A stretch of 64,000 nt of DNA from Bacillales bacterium (GTDB lineage: Bacteria; Bacillota_I; Bacilli_A; RF39; UBA660), in the NCBI GenBank assembly GCA_016282375.1, contig JAEEKI010000023.1:14840-78839 (forward strand), given 5' to 3'. The position numbers were made by a program, and so were the translations under genes. Positions 51,873 through 62,353 of the stretch are shown one piece after another. The stretch's first letter is position 1; each line of letters opens with the position of its first letter. The notes under the pieces are model-generated. The model ran no database searches, had not been told where the DNA came from, and saw only the letters and a program-made list of their open reading frames with translations.

Positions 51873-52129
51873 TGAATGAGTCTAAACAAGAATTAGTTGG
51901 TAGAGTTGTTAGTGATAAGACTGATAAAACTATTACTGTTTTAGTCGAAACTCACAAAAAACATCCATTATACGGAAAAAGAGTTAAATACTCTAAAAAG
52001 TATGCTGCTCATGATGAAAAGAATGAAGCAAAAGTAGGAGATACAGTTAGAATTAGAATGACAAAACCTATTTCAAAAACTAAACATTATGAATTAGTTA
52101 AAGTCATTGAAAAAGCTGTTATTCTATAG
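51872..52129 (+). CDS. rpsQ: 30S ribosomal protein S17
   Basis: Synteny. 85 aa. Confidence 0.93.
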   Translation: MNESKQELVGRVVSDKTDKTITVLVETHKKHPLYGKRVKYSKKYAAHDEKNEAKVGDTVRIRMTKPISKTKHYELVKVIEKAVIL

Positions 52130-52140
52130 GAGGTATTATT

Positions 52141-52509
52141 ATGGTAATGCAAGAATCTAGATTAAAAGTTGCTGATAATAGTGGCGCTCGTGAATTACTT
52201 GTTATTAGAGTAATGGGCGGCAGCAAAGTTAAAACAGCTAATATCGGTGATGTAGTTGTTGGAACTGTTAAAAAAGCAATACCTAATGGTACTGTTAAAG
52301 AAGGTAAAGTAGTTAAAGCTGTAATTGTTAGAACTGTTGAAGGCGTTAGACGTTCAGATGGCAGTTATATCAAATTTGGTGATAACGCTTGCGTTCTTAT
52401 TAAAGATGATAAATCACCAATTGGTACTCGTGTACTAGGACCAGTTGCTAGAGAATTACGTGAAAAAGATTACATGAAAATTGTATCTTTAGCACCTGAG
52501 GTTTTATAG
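52141..52509 (+). CDS. rplN: 50S ribosomal protein L14
   Basis: [22 protein letters not shown]. Confidence 0.97.
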   Translation: MVMQESRLKVADNSGARELLVIRVMGGSKVKTANIGDVVVGTVKKAIPNGTVKEGKVVKAVIVRTVEGVRRSDGSYIKFGDNACVLIKDDKSPIGTRVLGPVARELREKDYMKIVSLAPEVL

Positions 52510-52517
52510 GAGGATAT

Positions 52518-52811
52518 ATGAAGGTTAAAGTTGGAGACACTGTAAGAATTCTTGCCGGAAAAGATAAAGGCAAAGAAGGTAAAGTACTTAGAACAATTAA
52601 GCTTCAAAACCGTGTTGTAGTTGAAGGAATCAATGTTGCTAAAAAACATTCAAAACCTCGTACTACTGAAGATAAAGGCGGAATTATTGATATTGAAGCA
52701 CCTATCCATGTATCTAATGTAAAAGTTGTTGGTGAGAAAAAAGTAAAAGAAGCTAAGACAAAAGAAGTTAAAAAGGAAACTAAAAAAACTTCTAAGAAAG
52801 AATCAAAGTAG
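52518..52811 (+). CDS. rplX: 50S ribosomal protein L24
   Basis: [23 protein letters not shown] motif. Confidence 0.95.
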   Translation: MKVKVGDTVRILAGKDKGKEGKVLRTIKLQNRVVVEGINVAKKHSKPRTTEDKGGIIDIEAPIHVSNVKVVGEKKVKEAKTKEVKKETKKTSKKESK

Positions 52812-52818
52812 GTGAACT

Positions 52819-53358
52819 ATGAGTAATTTTAAAGAACTATATAATAAAGAAGTCATTAAGACTTTAATGGATGAATATCATTACACTACTGTAATGCAAG
52901 TACCTAGAATTGAAAAAATAGTTATTAACATGGGTGTCGGTGATGGTGCTCACGATTCTAAGTTTATGGATGCAGCTATTAAAGATCTTACTTTGATTGC
53001 TGGTCAAAAACCAGTTATAACTAAAGCTCGTAAATCAATTGCTGGTTTCCATTTAAGAGAAGGCCAATCAATTGGAGCTAAAGTTACACTTCGTGGCGAA
53101 AATATGTATTGTTTTCTTGAAAAACTTATTAAAGTGGCACTTCCTCGTGTAAGAGATTTTAGAGGTGTATCACCTAAGAGTTTTGATGGAAAAGGTAATT
53201 ATACACTAGGTATTAAAGAACAATTAATATTCCCAGAAATTGAATATGATGATGTTCTAAAGATTCGTGGTATGGACGTTGTAATTGTTACAACTGCTAA
53301 GACTGACGATGAAGCAAGAAGTTTACTAAAAGCATTTGGAATGCCTTTTAGAGGATAG
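52819..53358 (+). CDS. rplE: 50S ribosomal protein L5
   Basis: Synteny. 179 aa. Confidence 0.95.
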   Translation: MSNFKELYNKEVIKTLMDEYHYTTVMQVPRIEKIVINMGVGDGAHDSKFMDAAIKDLTLIAGQKPVITKARKSIAGFHLREGQSIGAKVTLRGENMYCFLEKLIKVALPRVRDFRGVSPKSFDGKGNYTLGIKEQLIFPEIEYDDVLKIRGMDVVIVTTAKTDDEARSLLKAFGMPFRG

Positions 53359-53369
53359 GAGAAGATAAT

Positions 53370-53555
53370 ATGGCAAAAACAAGTATGATTGTAAAAAATA
53401 ATCGTAAACCAAAATATGAAGTTAGAGCTTATACAAGATGTAAAAGATGTGGAAGACCTCATGGTGTTCTACGTAAATTCGAATTATGCCGTATTTGCTT
53501 CAGAGAACTTGCTAATAAAGGACAAATTCCTGGTGTAAAGAAATCTAGTTGGTAG
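53370..53555 (+). CDS. rpsZ: 30S ribosomal protein S14 type Z (zinc-binding)
   Basis: 61 aa with [20 protein letters not shown]. Confidence 0.95.
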   Translation: MAKTSMIVKNNRKPKYEVRAYTRCKRCGRPHGVLRKFELCRICFRELANKGQIPGVKKSSW

Positions 53556-53569
53556 GAAGGAGATAGTTT

Positions 53570-53968
53570 ATGTTTGTACAAGATAAAATAGCAGATATGC
53601 TTACAAGAATAAGAAATGCTAATCAAATGCGTTATGAAACTGTTGAAGTTTGCGGAACAAAGATGACTTTAGGCATTGCAGAAATTCTTAAAAAAGAAGG
53701 ATTTATTGCTGATTATAAATATGAAAAAGAAAAGACTGGCGATAAACTTGTTTTAACACTAAAATATGGTGAAAAGAAAGAAAGAGTTATAACTGGTCTT
53801 AAAAGAATTAGTAAATCTGGTTTAAGAGTTTATGCTAGCGCAGACGAACTTCCTAGAGTACTAAATGGATTAGGTATAGCAATTATTTCTACTTCTAAAG
53901 GTCTTATGACTGATAAAGAAGCTAGAAGTGCAGGGTTAGGAGGCGAAGTACTTGCCTATATTTGGTAA
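53570..53968 (+). CDS. rpsH: 30S ribosomal protein S8
   Basis: [13 protein letters not shown]. Confidence 0.95.
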   Translation: MFVQDKIADMLTRIRNANQMRYETVEVCGTKMTLGIAEILKKEGFIADYKYEKEKTGDKLVLTLKYGEKKERVITGLKRISKSGLRVYASADELPRVLNGLGIAIISTSKGLMTDKEARSAGLGGEVLAYIW

Positions 53969-53974
53969 GGTATT

Positions 53975-54514
53975 ATGAGTAGAATCGGAAATAGAAGACT
54001 TACTATCCCTGAAAAAGTTGAAGTTAATGTAACTGAGACTGATATTACAGTTAAAGGTCCAAAAGGCGAACTTAATATGTCATATAGTCCCCTTTTGAAA
54101 GTAACTGTAGAAGATAATGAAATTGTAGTTTCTAAAAAGAAAGATACAAAAGAAGCTAATATTATGTCTGGAACAACTAATGCTAACATTAACAATATGT
54201 TAGTTGGTGTAAGTAAAGGTTTTTCAAAAGAACTTGAAGCAGTAGGTGTAGGATATCGTTTTGCTGTATCCGGCAATAAGATTATTGTTAGTGCAGGATA
54301 TTCACATAATGTTGAAGTAGCAATCCCTAGTGGTATTACAGTTACTTCTCCATCAAATACTGAACTTACAATTAGTGGTTTTGATAGACAAAAGATTTCT
54401 GAATTTGCGGCAAATATTCGTAAGATCAGAGAACCAGAACCATACAAAGGTAAAGGTATAAGATACAAAGAAGAACATATTCGCCGTAAAGAAGGAAAGA
54501 AAGCGGCTAAGTAA
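53975..54514 (+). CDS. rplF: 50S ribosomal protein L6
   Basis: [17 protein letters not shown]. Confidence 0.95.
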   Translation: MSRIGNRRLTIPEKVEVNVTETDITVKGPKGELNMSYSPLLKVTVEDNEIVVSKKKDTKEANIMSGTTNANINNMLVGVSKGFSKELEAVGVGYRFAVSGNKIIVSAGYSHNVEVAIPSGITVTSPSNTELTISGFDRQKISEFAANIRKIREPEPYKGKGIRYKEEHIRRKEGKKAAK

Positions 54515-54525
54515 AGGAGCAAGTT

Positions 54526-54879
54526 ATGATAAGTAAAGAGAAAAGAGAAGCAAGAATTAGAAGACATGCTCGTGTACGTAAGACTGTGTCTGGTACAAAA
54601 GAGATGCCTAGATTAAATGTTTTTAGATCAAATAATGCTATTTATGCTCAAGTAATTGATGATGTAGCAGGTGCTACTTTAGTTAGCTCATCAACATTGG
54701 AATTAAAGATTAAAAATGGTGGTAACATCGAAGCTGCAAAAGCCGTTGGTAAAGATGTAGCTGAAAAATGTAAAAAAGCTAAAATTAAGAAAGTTGTATT
54801 TGACCGTGGTGGTTACTTATATCACGGAAGAGTTGCTGCCCTTGCAGACGCTGCAAGAGAAGCAGGATTAGAGATATAG
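54526..54879 (+). CDS. rplR: 50S ribosomal protein L18
   Basis: Synteny. 117 aa. Confidence 0.93.
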   Translation: MISKEKREARIRRHARVRKTVSGTKEMPRLNVFRSNNAIYAQVIDDVAGATLVSSSTLELKIKNGGNIEAAKAVGKDVAEKCKKAKIKKVVFDRGGYLYHGRVAALADAAREAGLEI

Positions 54880-54889
54880 GGAGGCATTT

Positions 54890-55423
54890 ATGGCAGAGAA
54901 AAAAGAAAAATTTGATAATAAAAAGAATTTTGATAATAAAGCAAAAACTAATTTATTAGAAGAAAAAGTTATCAATATTGGTAGGGTAACAAAAGTTACC
55001 CAAGGTGGTAGACACTTTCGTTTTAGCGCTACAGTAGCTGTCGGAAACCGCAAAGGTATCATAGGAATTGGTACTGGAAAGGCTAACGAAGTTCCAGAAG
55101 CTATTAAGAAAGCTTTACAAGCTGCTAATAAAAATGTTGTAAAGGTAAGTCTAGTTGATAATAGAACAATTCCTCATGAAGCAACTGGAAAAGTAGGTCG
55201 TGCTGTTGTATTAGTTAAACCTGCTAAAGAAGGTCGTGGAATTATCGCTGGTGGAGCAGCCAGAGCTGTTCTAGAACTTGCTGGTGTTAAGGATATTGTT
55301 GCTAAATCACTAGGAAGTAATACGCAAGTTAATGTTGCTAAAGCAACACTAAATGCTCTTATTTCTCAACGTACTAAAGAACATATTGCAGAACTTAGAG
55401 GAAAGAAAGTTGAGGAGTTATAA
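54890..55423 (+). CDS. rpsE: 30S ribosomal protein S5
   Basis: [23 protein letters not shown]. Confidence 0.95.
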   Translation: MAEKKEKFDNKKNFDNKAKTNLLEEKVINIGRVTKVTQGGRHFRFSATVAVGNRKGIIGIGTGKANEVPEAIKKALQAANKNVVKVSLVDNRTIPHEATGKVGRAVVLVKPAKEGRGIIAGGAARAVLELAGVKDIVAKSLGSNTQVNVAKATLNALISQRTKEHIAELRGKKVEEL

Positions 55424-55866
55424 TGAAATTAGAAAATTTACCAAAAACTGCTGAACTTAAAGCATCTAAAAGAGTAGGAAGAGGACCAGGTAGTGGTATG
55501 GGTAAGACTGCTACTCGTGGAGAAAATGGTCAAAAATCAAGAAGCGGTGCTTCAATTAAACCATGGTTCCAAGGTGGTCAATCTCCACTTTATAGAAGAA
55601 TTCCTAAAAGAGGATTCAATAATGCAAGATTTACAACACGTTTTGCTACTATTAATTTAAGTGATCTTAACAATTTCTTCAAAGACGGTGACGTTGTAAC
55701 TGAAGAAGTATTAAAAGAAAGAGGTATAATTAAGAAAAGACTTAGTGGTATTAAGATATTAGGTAATGGTAATTTAGAAAAGAAATTAACTATTAAAGCT
55801 AATCGTTTTACTACTACAGCCGTTTCTAAAATTGAAGAAGCAGGCGGCAAAGCCGAGGTGATCTAG
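55423..55866 (+). CDS. rplO: 50S ribosomal protein L15 (directly abuts rpsE; no L30 gene between them)
   Basis: [29 protein letters not shown]. Confidence 0.95.
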   Translation: MKLENLPKTAELKASKRVGRGPGSGMGKTATRGENGQKSRSGASIKPWFQGGQSPLYRRIPKRGFNNARFTTRFATINLSDLNNFFKDGDVVTEEVLKERGIIKKRLSGIKILGNGNLEKKLTIKANRFTTTAVSKIEEAGGKAEVI

Positions 55867-57132
55867 ATGTTTAAAGGTCTTAAAGGACTATTTAGTAAAA
55901 ACAACCGAGATCTTAGAAAGAAAATTTATTTCACATTATTTTGTTTAGGTATCTTTTGTTTAGGAACAGGAATTACTATTCCTTGGGCCTCAGTTGTATA
56001 CCAAGAATTAGGATTCTTAGAAATCTTTAATATCATGAGTGGTGGAGGTTTGCAAAATTTCTCAATATTTGCATTAGGTGTTTCACCTTATATTACTGCA
56101 TCAATCATTACAGAAATCCTTCAAATGGATATTGTTCCTTATTTTAAAGATTTAAAAGAACAAGGATATACAGGAAGACAAAAGATTAACCAAATAACAA
56201 GATATTTAGGTATAGCAATTGCCTTTTTCCAAGCATATGCTCTTACAGCCTTCTATATGAATGGTTTAGGAGCTATTGACATTTTAAAAACTACGCTTGT
56301 AATGGTTGCCGGAACTTCATTTTGTATGTGGATGGGTGATCAAATTACCAACAAGGGTTTAGGAAATGGTCAATCTATGCTAATTATGGCAGGTATTATT
56401 CAAAGTATGCCAAATATTTTTAGAGGTGCCTATTCAGCATTTATTACTGCTGGTACATACAGTAGTGGCTTAGGTATTACATTATTTACATTATTCTGTT
56501 TAATATATGTAATCATTATTGTTGGAATTACTTGGGTTCAACTTGCTGAAAGAAGAATTCCAATCCAATATTCTAATCGTACTAATGCTGCTTATGGTGC
56601 TCAAACAAATTATTTACCGCTTAAAATTAACTCAGCAAGCGTTATTCCTGTAATTTTTGCGTCAATTGTTACAACAATTCCGGCAACGATTGCAGCGCTT
56701 ACTAAGAAAAAAGCGATTATAAATTTTGTAAACAATTATATTGTCTATACTTCAAATACGGGATTTATTCTATACTTAGTATTAATTTTATTCTTTGGAT
56801 ATTTTTATACTTTCTTAGTAATGAATCCAACCGAAATGAGTAAAGACTTAAATGAACGTGGGGGGTATATTCCAGGGATTAGACCTGGTAAAGACACAGC
56901 AGATTACATTAGTAATTCTTTATCAAGACTTACATTAGTAGGTTCATTGTTCTTAATTATTTTAGCAGCAATGCCTATCTTGTTATCAAAGTTTACTAAT
57001 TTACCTTCAAGTGTAACTATCGGAGGTACAGGTATTCTGATTGTTGTCGGAGTTGCTATTGAAACATATAAGCAACTTGAAAGTAGTTTAGTTTCAAGAA
57101 GCTATTCTGCGAAAAGAAAGAGGCTAAGATAA
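55867..57132 (+). CDS. secY: Preprotein translocase subunit SecY
   Basis: 10-TM protein. 421 aa. Follows rplO. Confidence 0.95.
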   Translation: MFKGLKGLFSKNNRDLRKKIYFTLFCLGIFCLGTGITIPWASVVYQELGFLEIFNIMSGGGLQNFSIFALGVSPYITASIITEILQMDIVPYFKDLKEQGYTGRQKINQITRYLGIAIAFFQAYALTAFYMNGLGAIDILKTTLVMVAGTSFCMWMGDQITNKGLGNGQSMLIMAGIIQSMPNIFRGAYSAFITAGTYSSGLGITLFTLFCLIYVIIIVGITWVQLAERRIPIQYSNRTNAAYGAQTNYLPLKINSASVIPVIFASIVTTIPATIAALTKKKAIINFVNNYIVYTSNTGFILYLVLILFFGYFYTFLVMNPTEMSKDLNERGGYIPGIRPGKDTADYISNSLSRLTLVGSLFLIILAAMPILLSKFTNLPSSVTIGGTGILIVVGVAIETYKQLESSLVSRSYSAKRKRLR

Positions 57133-57782
57133 TGAAAAATATAATTTTTATTGCTCCACCCGCTGCGGGAAAAGGTACAGCTAGTGAATTACTTGTTGAA
57201 AGATTCGGTTATGAACATATTTCAACAGGTGATATGTTAAGAGAAGCCATTGCTTCTGGAAGTGAACTTGGAAATGAAGTAAAGAGTATTATGGAACAAG
57301 GTCAACTTGTTAGCGATGAAATCGTCATAGCTTTACTTAAAGAAAAAATAGAAGAAATCAAAGGTAAATCATTTATTTTAGATGGATTCCCAAGAACATT
57401 ACCACAAGCTGAAGAATTAAATACCATTTTTCAAGAAGAAGGCATCGATAATTACGTAGCAATTTTCTTAGATGTTTCTGAAGAACTTGCTATGCAAAGA
57501 TCATTAGGTAGAATTACTTGCAGTAAGTGCGGTACAATATTCCATCGCTATTTTGAGAGTAAAAAACCAAAAGTTGAAGGAGTTTGTGATAACTGCGGAG
57601 CAGAATTAATTAGCCGTAGTGATGATAATGAAGAATCTTTCAAGAAGAGATTCGAGACTTATATCAGTAATAGCAAAGCAATTTTAGACTATTACAAAGA
57701 TAAAAATAGACTTGAAATTATTAATGCAAATCGTGAAGCTCAAGAATCTATTGTAGATATTGAGAAGGTCATTAATGATTAG
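57132..57782 (+). CDS. adk: Adenylate kinase (zinc-lid type)
   Basis: P-loop GAPGAGKGT-like IFIAPPAAGKGT. Lid CSKCG...CDNCG. Confidence 0.95.
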   Translation: MKNIIFIAPPAAGKGTASELLVERFGYEHISTGDMLREAIASGSELGNEVKSIMEQGQLVSDEIVIALLKEKIEEIKGKSFILDGFPRTLPQAEELNTIFQEEGIDNYVAIFLDVSEELAMQRSLGRITCSKCGTIFHRYFESKKPKVEGVCDNCGAELISRSDDNEESFKKRFETYISNSKAILDYYKDKNRLEIINANREAQESIVDIEKVIND

Positions 57783-58518
57783 TATTCGTAGTCAACGCGA
57801 AATTGCATTAATGAGACAAGCTGGGCATATCAATTATTTAACTCACCAAGAGTTAAAAAAGCATATTAAGGCTGGTATAACAACTGGTGAGTTAAATGAT
57901 ATCGCCGATAAATTTATGCGCAAGTTAGGTGGAAAGCCTAGTTGTTTAAATTACGAAGGATATCCTAAAAGTATATGTATTTCTATTAATGACGAAGTTG
58001 TACATGGGATACCGGGAAATCGTAAGTTAAAAAATGGTGATATTGTATCAATAGACTTTTGTGTTGAGTACAAAGGCTATCAAAGTGATGCTACCATTAC
58101 ACATATCGTCGGTAGCGTAAGTAAAGAAGTAGAAGATTTAGTAATAAATACAGAAAAGAGTTTGTATATTGGTATTAATGAAGTAAAACCTGGTGCTAAA
58201 GTTAGCGCTATTGGTAAAGCCATCGAAGATTATGCAACAAAGTGTGGTCTTGGAGTGGTAAGAGAACTTGTTGGTCATGGACTTGGAACAAGTATTCATG
58301 AAGATCCAGATGTTCCCAATTATTATACTAATATGCCAACAGTTTTAAAGGAAGGTATGGTTATTGCTATTGAACCAATGTTAACATTAGGAAAAAGATA
58401 TGTTTATCTTAAAGATGATAACTGGACAGTTGCAACCGATGATGGACTTCCAGCAGCTCATTTTGAGCATACTGTATTAGTTACAAAAGATGGCTATGAA
58501 ATATTAACGGGAGAGTGA
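57775..58518 (+). CDS. map: Methionine aminopeptidase type I
   Basis: [18 protein letters not shown]. Metal-binding Asp/His/Glu pattern. Confidence 0.93.
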   Translation: MISIRSQREIALMRQAGHINYLTHQELKKHIKAGITTGELNDIADKFMRKLGGKPSCLNYEGYPKSICISINDEVVHGIPGNRKLKNGDIVSIDFCVEYKGYQSDATITHIVGSVSKEVEDLVINTEKSLYIGINEVKPGAKVSAIGKAIEDYATKCGLGVVRELVGHGLGTSIHEDPDVPNYYTNMPTVLKEGMVIAIEPMLTLGKRYVYLKDDNWTVATDDGLPAAHFEHTVLVTKDGYEILTGE

Positions 58519-58528
58519 TATAGAAGAT

Positions 58529-58753
58529 ATGGCTAAAAAGAATAGTGATAAAATTGAAGTTGAAGGCAAAGTTGTTGAAGTATTAAAGGGTAGTGACTAT
58601 CTTGTTGAACTTCAAAACGGACATACTGTAAAAGCCTACGTTTCTGGTAAAATGCGCATCCATATGATTCGTATCTTACCAGGTGATACCGTTACAGTAG
58701 AATTGTCGCCTTATGATTTAACACGTGGGATTATAACATGGAATAAGAGATAG
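58529..58753 (+). CDS. infA: Translation initiation factor IF-1
   Basis: 74 aa S1-like fold. [19 protein letters not shown]. Confidence 0.95.
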   Translation: MAKKNSDKIEVEGKVVEVLKGSDYLVELQNGHTVKAYVSGKMRIHMIRILPGDTVTVELSPYDLTRGIITWNKR

Positions 58754-58765
58754 GAGTGAATAAGG

Positions 58766-58879
58766 ATGAAAGTTAGACCATCTGTCAAAAAAATTTGCAA
58801 GAAATGCAAAGTAATTAAGAGAAAAGGTAAAGTTATGGTTATTTGTAATAACCCTAAACATAAACAAGTACAAGGATAG
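58766..58879 (+). CDS. rpmJ: 50S ribosomal protein L36
   Basis: Manual translation gives [37 protein letters not shown]. Not in the ORF track. Confidence 0.93.
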   Translation: MKVRPSVKKICKKCKVIKRKGKVMVICNNPKHKQVQG

Positions 58880-58887
58880 GAGATATT

Positions 58888-59262
58888 ATGGCAAGAATTA
58901 AAAATATTGAATTACCAAGTGAAAAACAAGCATGGGTTGGCCTTACAGCTATCTATGGTATTGGTAAGAATTTAGGTAAAACAATTTGTGAGAATGCAAA
59001 AGTTGAACCATCAAAGAAAGTTAAAGATTTAACTGAAGATGAAGTAAATGCTCTTCGTAAAGAAGTTGAAAAACATTTAACTGAAGGTGATCTTCGTCGT
59101 GAAGTTCAAATGAGCATTAAGAACAAGATGGAAATCAATTGTTATCAAGGTATTAGACACAAAAAAGGACTTCCAGTAAGAGGTCAAAGAACTAATCGTA
59201 ACGCACACACTCGTAAGGGTCGTGGAAAAGTTGTTGCAAACAAGAAAAAGGTTGGAAAGTAG
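58888..59262 (+). CDS. rpsM: 30S ribosomal protein S13
   Basis: MARIKNIELPSEKQAWVGLTAIYGIG. Confidence 0.95.
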   Translation: MARIKNIELPSEKQAWVGLTAIYGIGKNLGKTICENAKVEPSKKVKDLTEDEVNALRKEVEKHLTEGDLRREVQMSIKNKMEINCYQGIRHKKGLPVRGQRTNRNAHTRKGRGKVVANKKKVGK

Positions 59263-59272
59263 GTGTTAGTTT

Positions 59273-59656
59273 ATGGCATATAATAGAAGAAAGAAAAAAG
59301 TTAAAAATACTGTTACTGAAGCTGAAGCACATATTCATGCAACATATAATAACACTATCGTAACAATCAGTGATCATAATGGTAACGCTATCAGTTGGTC
59401 ATCAGCTGGTAGAATTGGTTATAAAGGTAGCAAAAAGAAAACTCCATTTGCTGCTGGACTAACTGCTGAAGCTGCTGCGGCTGCTGCTAAAGAACAAGGC
59501 GTTGTAAAAGTAGATGTTTATGTAAAAGGTTTAGGACCTGGAAGAGAAAATGCTATTCGTAGTATACAAACTGCTGGTCTTGAAATTACAAGTATTACTG
59601 ATGAAACACCAGTTCCACACAACGGATGTCGTCCACCAAAAAGACCAAGAAATTAA
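59273..59656 (+). CDS. rpsK: 30S ribosomal protein S11
   Basis: Synteny. 127 aa. Confidence 0.95.
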   Translation: MAYNRRKKKVKNTVTEAEAHIHATYNNTIVTISDHNGNAISWSSAGRIGYKGSKKKTPFAAGLTAEAAAAAAKEQGVVKVDVYVKGLGPGRENAIRSIQTAGLEITSITDETPVPHNGCRPPKRPRN

Positions 59657-59674
59657 TTTAAGGGGGTATTGTGA

Positions 59675-60619
59675 ATGATAAAATTTGAAAAACCAGAATA
59701 TAAAATTACGGAATATCAAGAATCTAATAATTATGGAAAATTTGAACTAGAACCACTTGAAAGAGGTTTTGGTACTACAATTGGTAATGCTCTAAGAAGA
59801 GTATTATTATCAAGTCTTCCAGGAAGTAGTGTTATATCTGTAAAAATCGATGGTGTTATGCATGAATTCCAAAAAATCGATGGCATTATCGAAGATGTTA
59901 CAACTATTGTTTTAAATATTAAGAAATTAGTTGTAAAAAATCATTCTGAAGATATTAAAACATTAAAATTATCTGCTAATAAAGAAGGCGTAGTTACAGC
60001 TGCTGACTTTGAAAAAGATGCAGATATCGAAGTAATTAATCCAGATTTAGTTATTTGTACACTTGTTAAGGGTGGCAAAATTGATATGGAACTTACGATT
60101 GCTAATGGTCGTGGTTATGTTGAAGCAAAAGTTAATAAAGAATTACTAGGGGATGCTAAAGTTGGTGTTATTCCTGTTGATTCAAACTTTTCACCTATCG
60201 AAGTTGTTAAATACGAAGTATTAGATACACGTGTAGGTCAAAATGAAAACTATGATAAATTAGTTTTAGAAGTAACTACTGATGGTAGTATGACTCCAGA
60301 AGAAGCTATTGCTCTTGCTTCGAAGATTTTAGTTGAGCATTTTAATTTATTATGTGATTTAAATAGTATTGCTAATGTATCTGGTATAATGCAAGAAAAA
60401 CATGTTGATACAATGACTAAGACATTAGAAACACCAATCGAAGAAGTTGAATTCTCAGTAAGAGCATATAATTGCTTAAAAAGAGCTGGTATTCATACCA
60501 TTCAAGATTTAGTTAACAAAAAAGAAATAGAAGTTACAAAGATTAGAAACTTAGGAAAGAAATCTTTAAAAGAAGTTCTTGATAAAGTTGCTGATTTAGG
60601 ACTAGAGTTTAAGGAGTAG
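59675..60619 (+). CDS. rpoA: DNA-directed RNA polymerase alpha subunit
   Basis: 314 aa. N-terminal dimerisation and C-terminal alphaCTD motifs. Confidence 0.95.
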   Translation: MIKFEKPEYKITEYQESNNYGKFELEPLERGFGTTIGNALRRVLLSSLPGSSVISVKIDGVMHEFQKIDGIIEDVTTIVLNIKKLVVKNHSEDIKTLKLSANKEGVVTAADFEKDADIEVINPDLVICTLVKGGKIDMELTIANGRGYVEAKVNKELLGDAKVGVIPVDSNFSPIEVVKYEVLDTRVGQNENYDKLVLEVTTDGSMTPEEAIALASKILVEHFNLLCDLNSIANVSGIMQEKHVDTMTKTLETPIEEVEFSVRAYNCLKRAGIHTIQDLVNKKEIEVTKIRNLGKKSLKEVLDKVADLGLEFKE

Positions 60620-60622
60620 AAT

Positions 60623-60964
60623 ATGGCATATCGTAAATTAGGTAGAGATACTCAAGTAAGAAGAAGCATTTTAGCTGGTCTTACTAAAGATGTTATCAAT
60701 CATGAAAGTATTATTACAACAGAAACTAGAGCTAAAGAAGTACGTAAGTTTGTTGATAAAATGATTACTTACGGAAAAGATGGTTCCCTAGTTTCTCGTA
60801 GAAAAGCATTAGCTTTCCTACATAATGATAAAGACACAGTTGCCAAGGTATTTAATGATCTTGCAAAAAGATATGAATCAAGAGATGGCGGTTATACAAG
60901 AATAGTTAAACTTGCTGAACGTCGTGGCGATGATGCTTTAGAGGTTAAATTAGAATTAGTATAG
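60623..60964 (+). CDS. rplQ: 50S ribosomal protein L17
   Basis: [15 protein letters not shown]. Confidence 0.95.
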   Translation: MAYRKLGRDTQVRRSILAGLTKDVINHESIITTETRAKEVRKFVDKMITYGKDGSLVSRRKALAFLHNDKDTVAKVFNDLAKRYESRDGGYTRIVKLAERRGDDALEVKLELV

Positions 60965-60983
60965 TGAAAACTATACTTTTTTG
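60958..60983 (+). terminator. Rho-independent terminator after rplQ
   Basis: Stem agtatag/ctatact, loop tgaaaa, followed by TTTTTT. Confidence 0.5.
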
Positions 60984-61012
60984 TTGCGTGAAAATATTGC
61001 CTTTGCTATAAT
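60984..61012 (+). promoter_or_regulatory. Near-consensus sigma-A promoter TTGCGT-17-TATAAT for paralog P2
   Basis: ttgcgt (60984-60989), a 17-nt spacer, then tataat (61007-61012). RBS ataggagtgg. ATG at 61038. Confidence 0.55.
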
Positions 61013-61037
61013 GAACCTATAAGATAGGAGTGGCTAT

Positions 61038-62183
61038 ATGAAAAAGAATAATATTGTATTAATAGTTATCGCCATCGTTACATTACTAACATTTATTATC
61101 GGAGCAACGTATGCATATTTTGCTACAGGCAATTTAAATATTACAAATGCTGCTAATATTAATACGGTAACAGAACGAAACAACATGGTCTTTGATACTA
61201 TAGGTGGTGGAATGATTCTAAATATAACGGCAGCCAATATGGCTGAGAGTCTAAGTGGAAATGTAGCGGCGGAGAATAATACGACCCTAACCGTTAATTT
61301 TACAGCTAACACAAGTTATAGTATGGTATGTACATATGATATTGTGTATGAATGGACTTCAAGTGACAAATATACAGCTCATACAAGTGGAGTATCATCA
61401 AATGAATTTACGATTCAAGGAACACTAGCAAGTAATGTGCATGTTAGTGAAGGGACAAATAGTATTAAAACTGAGAAGGATTTATCAACTTTATCATATA
61501 CAAACTATAGTGCCATCGTCGTAAGTGGAGCGCAAATAGACGGAACTGGAAATACAATGAGTACGGCCGTATGGACCTTATCAAGTAAGTTTTATAATGT
61601 AAGCCAAGATCAAAGTGCTTTATCAGGCAAAACATATAGTGGTAGATTTAAAGTAGCTAATGTCTCATGTACAGCAGGAACTGTAACAGTACCTGGCCCA
61701 ACAAGTTATTGGTTTCCAACAACAACATCAACATTGAATAGTAGCACTAATCAATATGAACCAACTTATACACATCCCGCAACAGGAGGGCCAGTGCAAT
61801 CAAGCGGAAGCGCAACAAATCATAATGTATATATAGGACAAGATAGTAGTAAGTATTATGCATGTGCTATAATTCAAGGCCATGAAATATGTTTAAGCCA
61901 ACCATATACACAATATGGACTTGAAGGACACACAAGAGGACATTTTACGGACGCACAACAAGTAAGCGCGAGGCAAGCTATCTACCAAGTATTTATTGAT
62001 GCTGGAATAACAGTTGATATCAATAATGATTGCTACGCTGGTCCCACTAGCACTGCCTGCTGTGTGGGCTACCTCTACTGTGAAGCGAACATCTTCGGCT
62101 TTGTCGATTGTATATATGACGATAACAACGAGAGCGAGTCCTGTGGAGTTGACCGACTTGGCCATGCCTATTGTTATTTGTAG
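61038..62183 (+). CDS. Secreted Cys-rich protein, paralog P2 (same family as 4040..5194), with a GC-anomalous 3' end
   Basis: MKKNNIVLIVIAIVTLLTFIIGATYAYFATGN... signal peptide. Homologous to P1 and P3 over its whole length. The final roughly 50 codons are Cys-rich and about 55% GC. Confidence 0.75.
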   Translation: MKKNNIVLIVIAIVTLLTFIIGATYAYFATGNLNITNAANINTVTERNNMVFDTIGGGMILNITAANMAESLSGNVAAENNTTLTVNFTANTSYSMVCTYDIVYEWTSSDKYTAHTSGVSSNEFTIQGTLASNVHVSEGTNSIKTEKDLSTLSYTNYSAIVVSGAQIDGTGNTMSTAVWTLSSKFYNVSQDQSALSGKTYSGRFKVANVSCTAGTVTVPGPTSYWFPTTTSTLNSSTNQYEPTYTHPATGGPVQSSGSATNHNVYIGQDSSKYYACAIIQGHEICLSQPYTQYGLEGHTRGHFTDAQQVSARQAIYQVFIDAGITVDINNDCYAGPTSTACCVGYLYCEANIFGFVDCIYDDNNESESCGVDRLGHAYCYL

Positions 62184-62310
62184 GATTAGTTGTCCTCTGC
62201 GGGAGTGCTCGAATATCTTAATATCTTGAAACTAATTTTGCCGACAGGCAAAATTTAAGGCCAATGGGTGCACAAGCGTGAGTGTAGGCACACGAAAAAT
62301 TATCAAAATA

Positions 62311-62353
62311 ATGTAAAAAAAATAGTATAATTCTTAGAACTATACTATTTTTT
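62311..62353. terminator. Bidirectional terminator between P2 and ispG
   Basis: Stem atagtata/tatactat flanked by an A8 run and a T7 run. Confidence 0.45.

Noticed and set aside
62014-62229. ORFs 62014..62229(+) and 61893..62165(-) inside or overlapping the P2 3' end
   Set aside because: They are by-products of the locally high GC content, which lengthens random ORFs. They overlap the well-supported P2 frame.
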